Origin: an uncultured delta proteobacterium
GTDB lineage: Bacteria > Desulfobacterota > Desulfobacteria > Desulfobacterales > Desulfosalsimonadaceae
Assembly: GCA_963826785.1 (NCBI GenBank)
Contig: CAWGYD010000004.1
Coordinates: 1-64,000, forward strand
Length of the DNA: 64,000 nt
Direction of reading: 5' to 3'
Made by a program: the position numbers and the translations under genes. Below, one piece after another: positions 39,750 through 50,182 of the stretch (positions are counted from its first letter, which is position 1; each line of letters starts with the position of its first letter). Below the pieces are notes generated by a model. That model searched no databases. It was not told where the DNA came from and saw nothing but the letters and a program-made list of their open reading frames with translations.

Positions 39750-42138
39750 TCATCGATCCAGGTCCGCCGGGGTGTAATCCACCGAACCGAGAACGGCGAT
39801 GAGGTCCGGGATGGTGGCGCCGATGGTCATGGCCGGGATCACCTGCACGTTGGTGAAGCTGGGGCCCCGGATGCGCATCCGGTAGGCCGCGCCCAGGCCG
39901 TCGCTGACCGCGTAGTACCCCTGTTCGCCCCGGGGGGCCTCGGTGGCGGCATAGGCCTCGCCGCGAGGGATCTTGGGGCCGCGGGTCACGTTGATAAAGT
40001 GGTGGATCAGGCTCTCGATGTCATTTAACATGTCTTTGCGCTGCGGCACGGCATACCGGTAGTCGTCCGTGACATACCGGCCGCCGGGCATTGTGCTTGC
40101 CGCCTGGCGGATGATCTTGATGCTCTGGCGGCATTCCTCCAGTCGGATGGCGTATCGGGCCAGGCAGTCGCCTTCGGTGGCCGTGGGCACCTCGAATTCA
40201 AACCGGTCGTAGGCGCCATAGGGCATTTTTTTGCGCAGGTCCCAGTCCATGCCGCAGGCCCGGAGGTTGGGGCCGGTGACCCCCCAGTCGATGGCCTCCG
40301 CCAGGGAGATCACCCCCACCCCCTGGGTGCGCGCCTTGAAAATGGGGTTCTTAAAGAGCAGATTTTCGTAATCCTTCATCCGTTTGGATAAAACATCCGC
40401 GAAATGAAGGACCGCCTCCTTCCACCCCTCGGGCAGGTCGGCGGCCACGCCCCCCAGGCGGAACCAGGAGGGGTGGAGGCGGGCGCCGGTGATCATTTCC
40501 ACGATGTCCATGATCATTTCGCGTTCCCGGAAGGTATAGAAGTTGGGCGTCATGGCCCCTAGATCGTGCCCCATCACCCCCAGGTAGTTTAAGTGGTTGG
40601 AGATGCGGAAAAGCTCCGCCAGCAGCACCCGGATATATTCGGCCCGCTCGGGGACTTTGATGCCCGCAATCTTTTCCACGGCCGTCACGTAGGTCATGTT
40701 GTTGGCCGCACCGGCCAGATAGTCCACCCGGTCGGTATAGGGGATGTACTGGAGCCAGGTCTGGCGCTCCCCCACTTTTTCCGCGGCCCGGTGATGGTAC
40801 CCGATCTCCATGTCCATGCCGGTGATGATCTCGCTCTCCAGTTCCAGGATCAGCCGGAACATGCCGTGGGTGCCGGTGTGATGGGGGCCCAGGTTGAGGA
40901 TCATCTTCTCCCGATTGGGATCCGGGGCAAAATAGTCTTCGCCCTTGCGGGGCTGGCGCATTTCGGCATCCCGGCGGGTGTAGGGGGGCATCTGGGTGGC
41001 GCGGCCCGGAAACGATTTGCGTAAGGGGTGGCCTTCCCAGTCCGGGGGCATGAGGATGCGCCGCAGGTCGGAATGTCCGGGAAAATGGATGCCGAACATG
41101 TCGTAGATTTCCCGTTCATACCAATTGGCATTCGGCCACAGGTCGCACAGGGTGGGGGCCTCCGGGTGTTCGCCGTAAACGGGCGTCTTGATCCGTATGC
41201 GCAAGGGGGGATCAAAGGCGGTCAGGTGATAGACCAGGGAGAAATCCGGGTATTTTTCCCGTTGCCGACGGGCGGATTCGTCAATGGCGGTGTAATCTTC
41301 CAGGCGCAGAAATTTAGGGTTGGCCTCTGTTTTGAGAAACGTCAGGACCTTCTTCACCTTGTCTGCGGGGACGGTCACGGTGAGCATGTCCGAGGTGTGT
41401 TCTTCCGCCTGGAGATCTTCACCAAAGCGCTGGGCCAGGGCGGCCGACAGGTCCGTCGACTCCTGCCCCAGTGAGATACGGTGGGCAGGTGGCGTCCACA
41501 TCAGATCCGACCGGCTGTCGAAGAAATCCGGGCGGGGTGACGGAGGTCCCCCGGATGGAAATGCCGTTCATTCCCGGCCCCCGGGTATCCCGGGACTTGG
41601 TGATGCCGTCTGCGAGCACCGGCGCCTGAGTCCCCTGGCTGCCGCCCCCCAGGTGAAACACCTTGCCGGAGGGTTTTTCCTCGTTCATTATTTTTTTCTG
41701 GAGCAGGTCCACCGCCGCCAGCACCGCCTCGGGCCGGGGCGGGCATCCGGGGATGTAGACATCCACCGGCAGGATCTGGTTGATCCCCTGCACCACGCTG
41801 TAAACATCGTACATGCCGCCGCTGTTGGCGCATGATCCCATGGAGATCACCCACTTGGGTTCGGCCATCTGCTCATAGAGGCGAAGCACCACCGGGGCCG
41901 CTTTTTTAAATACCGTGCCGGAAATGATCAAAAGATCGCACTGGCGGGGAGAGAGGCGCAGCACCTCCGCACCGAAACGGGCCAGGTCGTAGCGGGGGGT
42001 CAACGAGACCGCTTCTTCCACAAAGCAGCAGGAGAGCCCAAAGTACATGGGCCAGAGGCTGTAGCTGCGGGCCCAGTTGATCAGCGGATCGAGAAGCCGG
42101 GGGATGGTTTTTACCGGATTTTGGATCGGGTATACCAA
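39750..42138 (-). CDS. nuoBCD: Fused NADH-quinone oxidoreductase subunit B/C/D (1-nt frameshift near 41530)
   Basis: Nuo[23 protein letters not shown]; Nuo[19 protein letters not shown]; NuoD NLGPHH..THG, TDRVDY, EAPRGE, ADLDR. One indel gives a continuous ...[16 protein letters not shown] linker. Confidence 0.88.
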
Positions 42139-42521
42139 TCAAGCCCCCCCTTGCGCCAGATGTAGATCAGCCCGGCCAGTAACACGATGATGAAAAAGGA
42201 CATCTGCAGAAGCCCTTTGACGCCCAGGGGCCGAACGGCCACCCCCCAGGCGAAGATAAACGCCCCTTCCACGTCAAAGATCAGAAAAAAGATGGCCACC
42301 ATGAAAAAGGGGACCGGGTAGTGGAGCCGTGCCGTGCCCGTGGGGATGATGCCGCTCTCATAGGGGCGCTGCTTTTCGGGATTTTTGCGCTTTTCCCCCA
42401 GCCACGCGGTTAAAAAAAGCATCAGGGCCATGAGAACCAGGACCGCCAGGGTAAATACGGCCATGCTGAAAACACCTGGCACCCAGGGGGACAACGCATC
42501 AGAAGTATTTACCGGGTCCAT
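42111..42521 (-). CDS. nuoA: NADH-quinone oxidoreductase subunit A
   Basis: [26 protein letters not shown]. Confidence 0.96.
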   Translation of the reverse strand: MDPVNTSDALSPWVPGVFSMAVFTLAVLVLMALMLFLTAWLGEKRKNPEKQRPYESGIIPTGTARLHYPVPFFMVAIFFLIFDVEGAFIFAWGVAVRPLGVKGLLQMSFFIIVLLAGLIYIWRKGGLDWYTRSKIR

Positions 42522-42692
42522 TTACAATGCCTCGTATGCAATTTTCGCCAGCAGGAAAACAAGTCGGATAATATCATTCATCCGTAAAATTTATAATAGC
42601 ATGGAACGATGATGAATATCAATTTAGGAAAAATGTCGCAATGGGGGATAGCATGTATTTCGGCCGTCAGGGGGGAAACATCCGGATGAAGA

Positions 42693-43367
42693 TCAGAAGG
42701 GAGGGCGCTCGATCAGAAGATAGAAAAACACGGCGCTGCCCAGGTAGAGCTGCATGACCAGAAAGGCCGCAGGGAATTTAAACCAATGCGATCGGCCGCT
42801 GATCTGCTGATAGGCGAAATAGGCGGACAAGCCCAGGATGATTTCCGGTATGACGATGTAAACCGCCACATGGCCGATCATGGCGACATTTTTGGCATAC
42901 CAGGAGGGCAGCATCCAGGAGAACTGCTCGGACCCGGCAAAAAGGATGAACGCGCTGATGGCCGCCGCGGCATATGCAGCTTTTTCGGAATAGCGGATGT
43001 AGAACCGTTCGCCGACAAAGACGATGACAAAAATCGGGATGGTCCATAACCCCGCCATGTACCCCGAGACCGTGCCGAACCTGAACAGGCCGTCCTCGGC
43101 AAAGACCAGCACCTGCAGGTGCTTTGACAAAAACCAGTCGGGAAACACCTGAAACACGCTGACAATGAGGGCAAAGAGCCACAGGCTGATCCATTCCCGG
43201 TCATTTCGAAACAGGCCCCACAGGGGCAGCATGAGGTTGTAAATGACCACCAGCGCCAACATCCGGATGCCCACGGGCTGACCCAGCGGCAGCAGCAGGA
43301 CCAGGGCGCACAGCGCGGCAAAGAGGGTATGGACGATCAGGAAATCCTTTTCATTGTCTTGAAACAT
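42693..43367 (-). CDS. Hypothetical integral membrane protein
   Basis: 224 aa with multiple hydrophobic segments and a VFPDWFLS motif. Confidence 0.75.
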   Translation of the reverse strand: MFQDNEKDFLIVHTLFAALCALVLLLPLGQPVGIRMLALVVIYNLMLPLWGLFRNDREWISLWLFALIVSVFQVFPDWFLSKHLQVLVFAEDGLFRFGTVSGYMAGLWTIPIFVIVFVGERFYIRYSEKAAYAAAAISAFILFAGSEQFSWMLPSWYAKNVAMIGHVAVYIVIPEIILGLSAYFAYQQISGRSHWFKFPAAFLVMQLYLGSAVFFYLLIERPPF

Positions 43368-43388
43368 GAAGCCTTTCTTCCCCTGTGT

Positions 43389-43874
43389 TCAAGGTGAATA
43401 ATCGGGATTGAGCGGACATTTCGTATTGATGCAGTTCGGGCATCCGGAAATTCGCAGGTGAACGGCCCAGAAACCGATCAATACGCTAAAATAGAGCGCC
43501 CCCCAGGCGGCCAGGGATTTTGAAAGGATGACTGAAACCGGCACCGCCACCCGCAGGCCATAGGCCAGAGTGGCCCATAAGAGCTGCATCCAGCCGAAGC
43601 CGGTCTCTTTCTTGGCAAAGAAGCGGTGGACGCAGCTGCCTTCGAGGGGGATGGGGCATCTTTTGCCGTAATAGGCGCAGTACCGGCAGGTGCCGGCATA
43701 GATGACCCCATAGGAGGCCGCCCATAGAAACAGATAGAGCAGCGCTGCGGAAATGCCGGCAAAAGAAGAAAGTGCCATCCCGATGATAAATACCGCCGCC
43801 AGCAACATCAGGGTCAGTGCATTGTCCGCGGCGGAAAAACGCGAAAGGTATTTTTTTCGACCGGGCCGGATCAT
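43389..43874 (-). CDS. Hypothetical membrane protein with two Cys clusters
   Basis: CRYCAYYGKRC and CPNCINTKCP between TM helices; ATGA overlap with the upstream gene. Confidence 0.75.
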   Translation of the reverse strand: MIRPGRKKYLSRFSAADNALTLMLLAAVFIIGMALSSFAGISAALLYLFLWAASYGVIYAGTCRYCAYYGKRCPIPLEGSCVHRFFAKKETGFGWMQLLWATLAYGLRVAVPVSVILSKSLAAWGALYFSVLIGFWAVHLRISGCPNCINTKCPLNPDYSP

Positions 43875-44815
43875 TTTTTTCTGCTCCGGACGGTTTCCTC
43901 AACGGTCTGCATGGAACTGTAGCCGGGGAAAAATCCCAACTCTTTTTTGGCCTTCTTGTTTGAGGCCACAAAAGGGTAGCGGATATAGTCGAGATACCCG
44001 CGATTGACTTCAATTTTAGGGCATCTCAGCCGCCACAGGCACTCCAGGGCGGGGTAGAGAATTTTCGCGGGAATAGGCGCCACCCGGGTTTTGAGCATTT
44101 TTGCGATTTCAGACACGGTCAGGGTTCCGTCCCCGGCGATGTTGAATGCGCCGGGGACCGGATTTGCCAGTGCCGCCATGCAGGCGGCAACGAAATCCTG
44201 TTCGTGGACGAACTGCACCGGCGGATCGCACCCCTTTACGCACATGGTGAGGGGGAGAAACAGCATCCGGGAAATATAATTGTCCACGGACGGGCCGAAC
44301 ACGGTGCAGGGCCGCAGGATGGTGATCTTCATTTCCGGGTGCCCGGCCGCATAATCCTGCATCATCTGGTCGGTGGCGGCCTTGTAAAAACCGTAGGGGA
44401 AGGTTTTGTTTCCCCGCAAAGGTGCGTCTTCCCGGATCCGTTTGGGATTGTCCGGATGGGCGCCATAGGCCAGTGTGGAACTGATGGCGATGAAATGCTT
44501 CACCCCGGACATGCGCGCAAGCTCCAGCATATTCCGGGTGCCGTTGACGTCGATGTCGTGCATTTTCTTAAGATTGTGGATCGGCTTGACCACAAAGGCC
44601 AGGTGGAGGACGGTATCAATGGAATGGCGGGAAAAAAGCGGGCCGATGGCATCGTCCCGGATGTCTTTTTGATAATATGTGATGCGGTCCGATGCCCGAA
44701 CCGGCGGGCGGATGTCCATGCCCACGACCTCGCCGGCCATCTCCTCATCGGCTAAAGCTTCGGCCAGCCGGGTCCCCAGGTATCCGGAAACGCCTGTGAT
44801 CAGGATATTTTTCAT
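43871..44815 (-). CDS. NAD-dependent epimerase/dehydratase (extended SDR)
   Basis: ITGVSGYLG, HLAF, SSTLAYG, YGFYK, RPCTVFGP. Confidence 0.92.
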   Translation of the reverse strand: MKNILITGVSGYLGTRLAEALADEEMAGEVVGMDIRPPVRASDRITYYQKDIRDDAIGPLFSRHSIDTVLHLAFVVKPIHNLKKMHDIDVNGTRNMLELARMSGVKHFIAISSTLAYGAHPDNPKRIREDAPLRGNKTFPYGFYKAATDQMMQDYAAGHPEMKITILRPCTVFGPSVDNYISRMLFLPLTMCVKGCDPPVQFVHEQDFVAACMAALANPVPGAFNIAGDGTLTVSEIAKMLKTRVAPIPAKILYPALECLWRLRCPKIEVNRGYLDYIRYPFVASNKKAKKELGFFPGYSSMQTVEETVRSRKK

Positions 44816-44906
44816 TCAGCTGTCCGTATCATAAAAAATGCGGAGGAACCGAGACGACATGCCAGCGGACTCCTCCCGCTCACTGTTCACTATTTTGATG
44901 CTTCTA

Positions 44907-45051
44907 TCAGACTGTTGAAAAACTGCGCCTTGAACCGCCATACTGCGTTGCGCGGTGATTCGACAATGCTCACATATTTTTCATATGCTGCGCTTATCAA
45001 ATCGCCGCGCGCCTTGCCTGGCGGCCCAATGCTTGTTTTTAAACAGCCTGA
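44907..45051. mobile_element. MITE-like element (~145 bp) with terminal inverted repeats and internal stem
   Basis: TCAGACTGTTGAAAAAC / GTTTTTAAACAGCCTGA (15/17 match); internal arms CCGCCA..GCGCGGTGATT / AATCGCCGCGC..TGGCGG. Confidence 0.7.
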
Positions 45052-45060
45052 CTCAACTCC

Positions 45061-45108
45061 GCTGCATCCTGGAAACTCGCCTCCGGCTCAGACAGTCCAG
45101 GATGCGGC
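45061..45108. repeat. REP-like stem-loop
   Basis: GCTGCATCCTGGA-AACTCGCCTCCGGCTCAGACAG-TCCAGGATGCGGC. Confidence 0.55.
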
Positions 45109-45227
45109 CGCTCCGTTTCGTCATGAAGCATTCGCAAAATAATGAAGCAATGTTCGCCGGGAGGAGCCCGCAGACATGTCTTTAGCCGTGCCTGCTTAAA
45201 TAAATTACAGTTTTCAAAAACCGGACG

Positions 45228-45394
45228 CCGACGGGTGCGTGAGCATGGGTCTGGAGAGCGAATCGTAGATTTTTGCCCTGAAGACCTGGGGCAAAAGAAT
45301 TACCGCTTCCTATCTCAAGGGCGGCGCTGATCGGGCTTTCCTGACCGGCAAAAAGATTCCTGAGCGACCAGACCCATGCTCGCGCACCCGTCAG
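45228..45394. repeat. ~165-bp long-stem hairpin element, family member 2 (opposite orientation to 18516-18680)
   Basis: Arms GACGGGTGCGTGAGCATGGGTCTGG (45230-45254) and CCAGACCCATGCTCGCGCACCCGTC (45368-45392), 24/25 complementary. Confidence 0.8.
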
Positions 45395-45436
45395 CCTCAG
45401 ATTCCTTCAATTTCATCCCATATCTCCAGAACCGGT

Positions 45437-46255
45437 TCAGGTCACATCCACCAGCGCGGAAATCCGATCGATAGCCGTATCCACATAATCGTTGTCTTCA
45501 ATATGGATCTCAATGGCCCCAGTGGGGCAAGCGTCGGCACACCGGCCGCACCCCCGGCAGACGTCGGCATCGATCATCGCGCGCTTGTTCTCCACGGAGA
45601 TGGCATTGACGAAACAGACGTTTTTCGTGCAGGTCCCGCATCCCACGCACGCATCGGTCACCTCGACTGAAACCCCGGGCATCCTGGATACCTTTTCGCT
45701 GATTTCCGGGGAGATGGCGGGCAGCACCTTCCACAGGCAGCAGCAGGGGCAGCAGTTGCAGATGGTCAGCAGCTTTTCGCCCGGCCCGACGCCCAGCCAG
45801 ACGGCATCCAGCTTGTTTCTGCCGATGAGGTGGACCAGTCCGGCCTCCCGGCAGCGCCGGACATGTTCCAATGCCTCTTCCACGCCGACCTCGCGGCCGA
45901 ATTTGGGGTTGATCGATTTGGCGGCTTCCCCCAGAAAGAGGCAGCCCAGATCCCGCGGATAATCCTTGCACCCGGTGGAATCCCGGCAGATGCAGAAATC
46001 CATGATCCACCGGGTCCCCGACGAACGGATGAAATGGTCCACCACAGCCGAGGGCGCCGCTATGCTGCCGGGTGGTTCGATGGCGGCATCGATGGGAATC
46101 ACGCCGTCTTTGGGGAGGTAGAAGATGTCGTCTCCTTCAAAAAGGAGATGATCCACCATCCGGCCGATAAACGGATACCGGGTGAGCTTCGACCAGAAAA
46201 AACGCTGGGAAAAGGTCTTGTTGATCAGAAATTTGATAAAATAGGGGTTGCCCAT
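45437..46255 (-). CDS. 4Fe-4S dicluster protein with additional N-terminal Cys motifs
   Basis: CICR, CNCCPCCC, CVGCGTC...CF, CRGCGRCADACP. Confidence 0.88.
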   Translation of the reverse strand: MGNPYFIKFLINKTFSQRFFWSKLTRYPFIGRMVDHLLFEGDDIFYLPKDGVIPIDAAIEPPGSIAAPSAVVDHFIRSSGTRWIMDFCICRDSTGCKDYPRDLGCLFLGEAAKSINPKFGREVGVEEALEHVRRCREAGLVHLIGRNKLDAVWLGVGPGEKLLTICNCCPCCCLWKVLPAISPEISEKVSRMPGVSVEVTDACVGCGTCTKNVCFVNAISVENKRAMIDADVCRGCGRCADACPTGAIEIHIEDNDYVDTAIDRISALVDVT

Positions 46256-46262
46256 GTCAAAT

Positions 46263-48359
46263 TCAGTTGGCGGCCATTTTGGCCCGGGCTTCTAAGGCCA
46301 GGTCCCGGACCCGGGCGATATCCTCGTCGGAGAACACGCCGTTGACACCGGAAATGGCCGCAAGCTTCATGCCGTGCTTCAGCCCCATCTTGTAGATGGC
46401 CTTGACCTTCTCCCACTCGATGTCCCGTCCGATGGTGAAGACCTCAAAGCGCCCCTCCAGGGCGAGCACGATGGTTTCCGCCAGACAGGCGTAGGCCACC
46501 TTGGGGGGCAGACCGATGTCCTTCATCTTGGGGTTGCCGGGGAGCAGGATTTCACCGGATTCGATCACCAATACATCCGGACGCTTGGCCACGTCCTTGG
46601 GGGGGATGTCCAAAGGCCGCGCCACATCGGTGATAACACATCCGGGCTTGACCTTGGTGATGTCTAAAATTTTCTTTCCCATCCCCGAGGTGGAGGTGAC
46701 GATGACATCCATGTCCGCCAGGTACTTGTCCGGGTTGACGGCGGGGTGGATCTTGACGTTGGGGGTTTCCTTTTCGATGGATTCCTTCAGGGCCATGAGC
46801 TTGATGATGTTTCGGCCGCACAGGTAGACCTCCTCGAAGGCCATGGCCAGCAGGCGGCAGCAGACCGAACCGATGGCGCCGGTGGCCCCGAACACCATGG
46901 TCTTGGCCTTTATTTTCTTGCCCGGTTCGATCTGGATCAGCCCCATGCGGCGCACGGCGTCCGCCGCGGCCCAGAGGGCGCCCGAAGCACTGTAGGAGTT
47001 TCCGGTGGTGATGGGAATATCGGCCTTTTTGGCCACGGTGACCCCGGCGTCTCCCACCACCTTGGTAAAGGCGCCCAACCCCATGATCTGGGCGCCCATC
47101 CGCTTGGCCATGCGCGCGGCCATGAGCAGGCGCTTGTAGGTGAATTCCGGGGAATGGAGCATCATCTGTTTGGGGGTCCCTCCCACGGTGATCAGCCATC
47201 CTTCGGCCTCCATCCCGGTGGGGGACTTGATGCCGGTCACCCTGGAGTAGACCCAGGGCGGGGAGTAGGCCACGATTTTCTCGATGGCATCCACCGCGCC
47301 GGGAATTTTCACGAACGGTTTGACCTTCTTTTCCAGTTTGAACTGTTCCTGGGACAGGGGGTGGATAACGAAGGCGAACCGGGAAACCCGCCGGGGATTT
47401 CCCGACGGGTAGACCACCCGGGGATGAAGGCCGGTCTTGGTGCTGGTCATCAGATCCAGCATTTCCTCATCGGTGATCTGGTGCTGTTTTTTCCCCAGGG
47501 CGGCGATCACCAGGGCTTCCTGGACATTGACCCCCACCACCCGCTTCAGGATCTTGGGGGTGGTGTCGATGATCACGTCCACGCCCTGCTTCCTCAAAAA
47601 TTCGATCCGGTCGTCATAGGCGGTGGTGGTGATCACGGTCTTTCCCCCCAGTTCCTCGGGGGTGCAGTCTTCCACATAGCTGAAAAAATTGTGATAGGGG
47701 ATCACGATGACATGGGCCTTCTGCATGGCCTTGTGGATGATGTGACGGTTCCATTTTTTTACCGGAATGGCCGAATCGGTGATCCGCTTGCTGGGGACCC
47801 ATTTGAGAATGTCATGGGCGCCATTGGCATACAGATCGAGTTCCTTGAAGGAATTTAAAAACTTGGGGACGCCGTTTTCCAGGATGGGGTCGGCGAACAT
47901 CAGGTTATCGGTGAATTCCGACATCACCTTCGCCATCTTGTAGTGGGTGATCCCGGACAGAAACAGCACCCGGGAATTGTTGAAATACCCGCTCTGCTCG
48001 AACTGCATGGAGCGAAGCGCCCATTCATAGGCGACATTGATCAGCCGGTCCCCGGTGGTGACGGGGGTCTTCAAGCGGGACCGGAGTTTGGCCACCTTGC
48101 TGGAATCGTCCCAGACAAAATCGAGTATGTCCAATGCCGCTTTGAAATAAGAGCTTTTCTGCCGGGAGGTCGGAAGCCGGATGCTGCCCAGACCGAAGGC
48201 GTCGGCCTCGGAATCCAGTTGAATCAGCAGGTCCACGGCCCGGTCGTAGTCTCCGTTGGTGCCGATGCGTCGAATACGAAACTTTTCTCCCAGAAATTTG
48301 GCCTCAAATTCATAGTCATTGGCGCTGGACCCCACACTGATGCTGAATACCTGCTTCAT
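46263..48359 (-). CDS. Two-domain fusion: uncharacterised N-terminal domain plus acyl-ACP-reductase-like (COG5322-type) NAD(P) oxidoreductase
   Basis: C-terminal half FAFVIHPL, GLGAFTKVVG, TTGNSY, GATGAIG, DVARP, YACLAET; SD GAGGGGG before ATG 48359. Confidence 0.75.
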   Translation of the reverse strand: MKQVFSISVGSSANDYEFEAKFLGEKFRIRRIGTNGDYDRAVDLLIQLDSEADAFGLGSIRLPTSRQKSSYFKAALDILDFVWDDSSKVAKLRSRLKTPVTTGDRLINVAYEWALRSMQFEQSGYFNNSRVLFLSGITHYKMAKVMSEFTDNLMFADPILENGVPKFLNSFKELDLYANGAHDILKWVPSKRITDSAIPVKKWNRHIIHKAMQKAHVIVIPYHNFFSYVEDCTPEELGGKTVITTTAYDDRIEFLRKQGVDVIIDTTPKILKRVVGVNVQEALVIAALGKKQHQITDEEMLDLMTSTKTGLHPRVVYPSGNPRRVSRFAFVIHPLSQEQFKLEKKVKPFVKIPGAVDAIEKIVAYSPPWVYSRVTGIKSPTGMEAEGWLITVGGTPKQMMLHSPEFTYKRLLMAARMAKRMGAQIMGLGAFTKVVGDAGVTVAKKADIPITTGNSYSASGALWAAADAVRRMGLIQIEPGKKIKAKTMVFGATGAIGSVCCRLLAMAFEEVYLCGRNIIKLMALKESIEKETPNVKIHPAVNPDKYLADMDVIVTSTSGMGKKILDITKVKPGCVITDVARPLDIPPKDVAKRPDVLVIESGEILLPGNPKMKDIGLPPKVAYACLAETIVLALEGRFEVFTIGRDIEWEKVKAIYKMGLKHGMKLAAISGVNGVFSDEDIARVRDLALEARAKMAAN

Positions 48360-48621
48360 TATACCCCCCTCTTCATCTGGTTTCCGGCAAAAATGCCGAA
48401 GATCCGGCAATTATACAATGGATGAGTGGAAAAACGACACGATGGATATTGGATCAAGGCGCTGCTTTGGGATTTATCTTCCCCATCTCGGATCAAAATG
48501 GCCAGAAACGCCCGTATTGCTTGTAAACAGCGTTAATAGTGACTCCTGTTTGACTAACACAAGTCGTTTTTGAACGCAAGCAGGGAAATTTAAGGCAAAT
48601 CCTTCACCATCAACCCGGATC

Positions 48622-48719
48622 AAAAAAATACCCCTTGTCCGTAGGGGAGCGGACAAGGGGGTTAAGAAGGGGTTTTATATTTAAACCAAGAGAAATCTTC
48701 CCGATGAAAACTTCTCTTA
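48622..48719 (-). ncRNA. Candidate sRNA, sibling A
   Basis: ATGACA-N16-TAAACT promoter (48753-48726); 5' hairpin AAGAGAAGUUUUC/GAAGAUUUCUCUU; C-rich linker; terminator CCCCUUGUCCG...CGGACAAGGGG plus U-tract. Confidence 0.55.
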
Positions 48720-48854
48720 TAAATAAGTTTAAACATCTCTTGATTTTTGTCATCCGGATGGATTTTTAAATAACGGGCAAAAACTCAAACCACATGTTTT
48801 TACAGGATTTAATAGACGAGAAAAAATGTTGATAAGTTCCGGTCCGGGACCGGG

Positions 48855-49853
48855 TCACTTGGCCAGGCGGATCACCTTGCGTCCGAATCCGCGGCCGTCC
48901 AGCATCTGCTGAATTTGGCCTTCCAGGTCTTCCAGGCCGATCTCCGTGGCCATTTCGTGCAACCCGGCCAGTTTCCATTCGCCGGCCAGTTTCTCCCAGA
49001 TAAGCCGCCGGGTGGTCATGGGGCAGTGCTGGGAATCGATGCCAAACAGGCTGATGCCCCTTAATATAAAGGGAAATACGGTCAACGGGAGGTCGGCTCC
49101 GGCCACATTGCCGCAGCTGGTGATGTTTCCGCCGATCATGGTGGATTTGATGGCCGTGGTCAGAACGTCTCCCCCCACCGTATCCACCACTCCCGCCCAT
49201 CTCTGGTTCAGCAGGGGCTTTTTCGTTTCATCGGTGAATACATCTGCATTCACAATTTCTGCGGCACCCAGATCGTTGACAAAACTTTTATCTTCAGCGT
49301 GCTTGACGAGCCCCGCTACCCGGTAGCCGGATTTCACTAGAAAGGAGATAGCCATGCTGCCCACCCCGCCGGAGGCGCCGGTCACCAGGATATCCCCCCG
49401 GTCGGGAGGGAGATCCTGGATGAGCTTGTAGACGGACAGCCCCGCCGTAAAACCGGCGGTTCCGTAAGTCATGGCCTCTTTAAGGGTCAGATTCGGCGGG
49501 AGTTTGACCACCCATCCGGCGGGAACCCGGATGTACTCGGCAAACCCGCCGGAAGTATTCATTCCCAGGTCGTAGCTGGTGACGATAACTTCTTCCCCGG
49601 GTGCGAACAGGGATGAGCCGCTTTCCTCCACGACGCCTGCCGCATCGATGCCGGGGGTGTGCGGATAATGGCGGGTAATGCCCCGGTTTCCAGAGGCGGA
49701 CAGCGCGTCTTTATAGTTGAGGGAAGAAAACATCACCCGCACCAGTACATCCCCGGCCGGCAGTTCGCTGAACGCCTTCCGGGCGATTTTTCTGGTAAAA
49801 TGATGATCGCCGGCCTCTTCCACCACAAATGCCTTAAATGTCGTATCGGTCAT
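48855..49853 (-). CDS. YhdH/YhfP-family MDR oxidoreductase (acryloyl-CoA reductase AcuI-like)
   Basis: SSLNYKDAL, PGIDAAG, GTAGFTA, VTGASGGVGS, VFPFILRG..L.GIDS. Confidence 0.92.
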   Translation of the reverse strand: MTDTTFKAFVVEEAGDHHFTRKIARKAFSELPAGDVLVRVMFSSLNYKDALSASGNRGITRHYPHTPGIDAAGVVEESGSSLFAPGEEVIVTSYDLGMNTSGGFAEYIRVPAGWVVKLPPNLTLKEAMTYGTAGFTAGLSVYKLIQDLPPDRGDILVTGASGGVGSMAISFLVKSGYRVAGLVKHAEDKSFVNDLGAAEIVNADVFTDETKKPLLNQRWAGVVDTVGGDVLTTAIKSTMIGGNITSCGNVAGADLPLTVFPFILRGISLFGIDSQHCPMTTRRLIWEKLAGEWKLAGLHEMATEIGLEDLEGQIQQMLDGRGFGRKVIRLAK

Positions 49854-49910
49854 TTCAAACCTCTCTTTTGCAACAGTATGGGGGCGCTGATCGCATTTTT
49901 CAAAAATAAT

Positions 49911-50004
49911 AAAAAAATCGCCCCTTATCCGATTTACGGACAAGGGGCTTTTCGGGGAGGGGGTGAGATGAAAATTTTTTTATATTTTCATTTATTTACT
50001 CACC
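49911..50004 (-). ncRNA. Candidate sRNA, sibling B
   Basis: ATGACA-N16-TATTCT promoter (50038-50011); hairpin GGUGAG..AUGAAAAU/AUUUUCAUCUCACC; CCCUCCCC linker; terminator GCCCCUUGUCCG...CGGAUAAGGGGC plus U-tract. Confidence 0.6.
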
Positions 50005-50080
50005 GTTTTAAGAATAACCACTCCGGTCGGGTTGTCATGTTTTTTTTTAATGCCTGCCATCAGTGCGGCATTTGGCGCTG

Positions 50081-50182
50081 AAATATAAAGCGCCCTGTCC
50101 GCAATTGCGGACAGGGCGCTTTTCTCAGGAGGTAGGATTATGAAAAAACAAATCGTAGGGAGGTTTATTCCTTCATTCCTAT
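50081..50182 (-). ncRNA. Candidate sRNA, sibling C
   Basis: CTGACA-N16-TATTTT promoter (50216-50189); single-stranded UUUUUUCAUAAUCCUACCUCCU (anti-start/anti-SD); terminator AAAGCGCCCUGUCCGC...GCGGACAGGGCGCUUU. Confidence 0.62.

Noticed and set aside
39750..42138. Separate nuoB and nuoCD genes
   Set aside because: The two ORFs overlap, the NuoB tail after ~41530 is not NuoB-like, and one indel yields a continuous B/C/D fusion.
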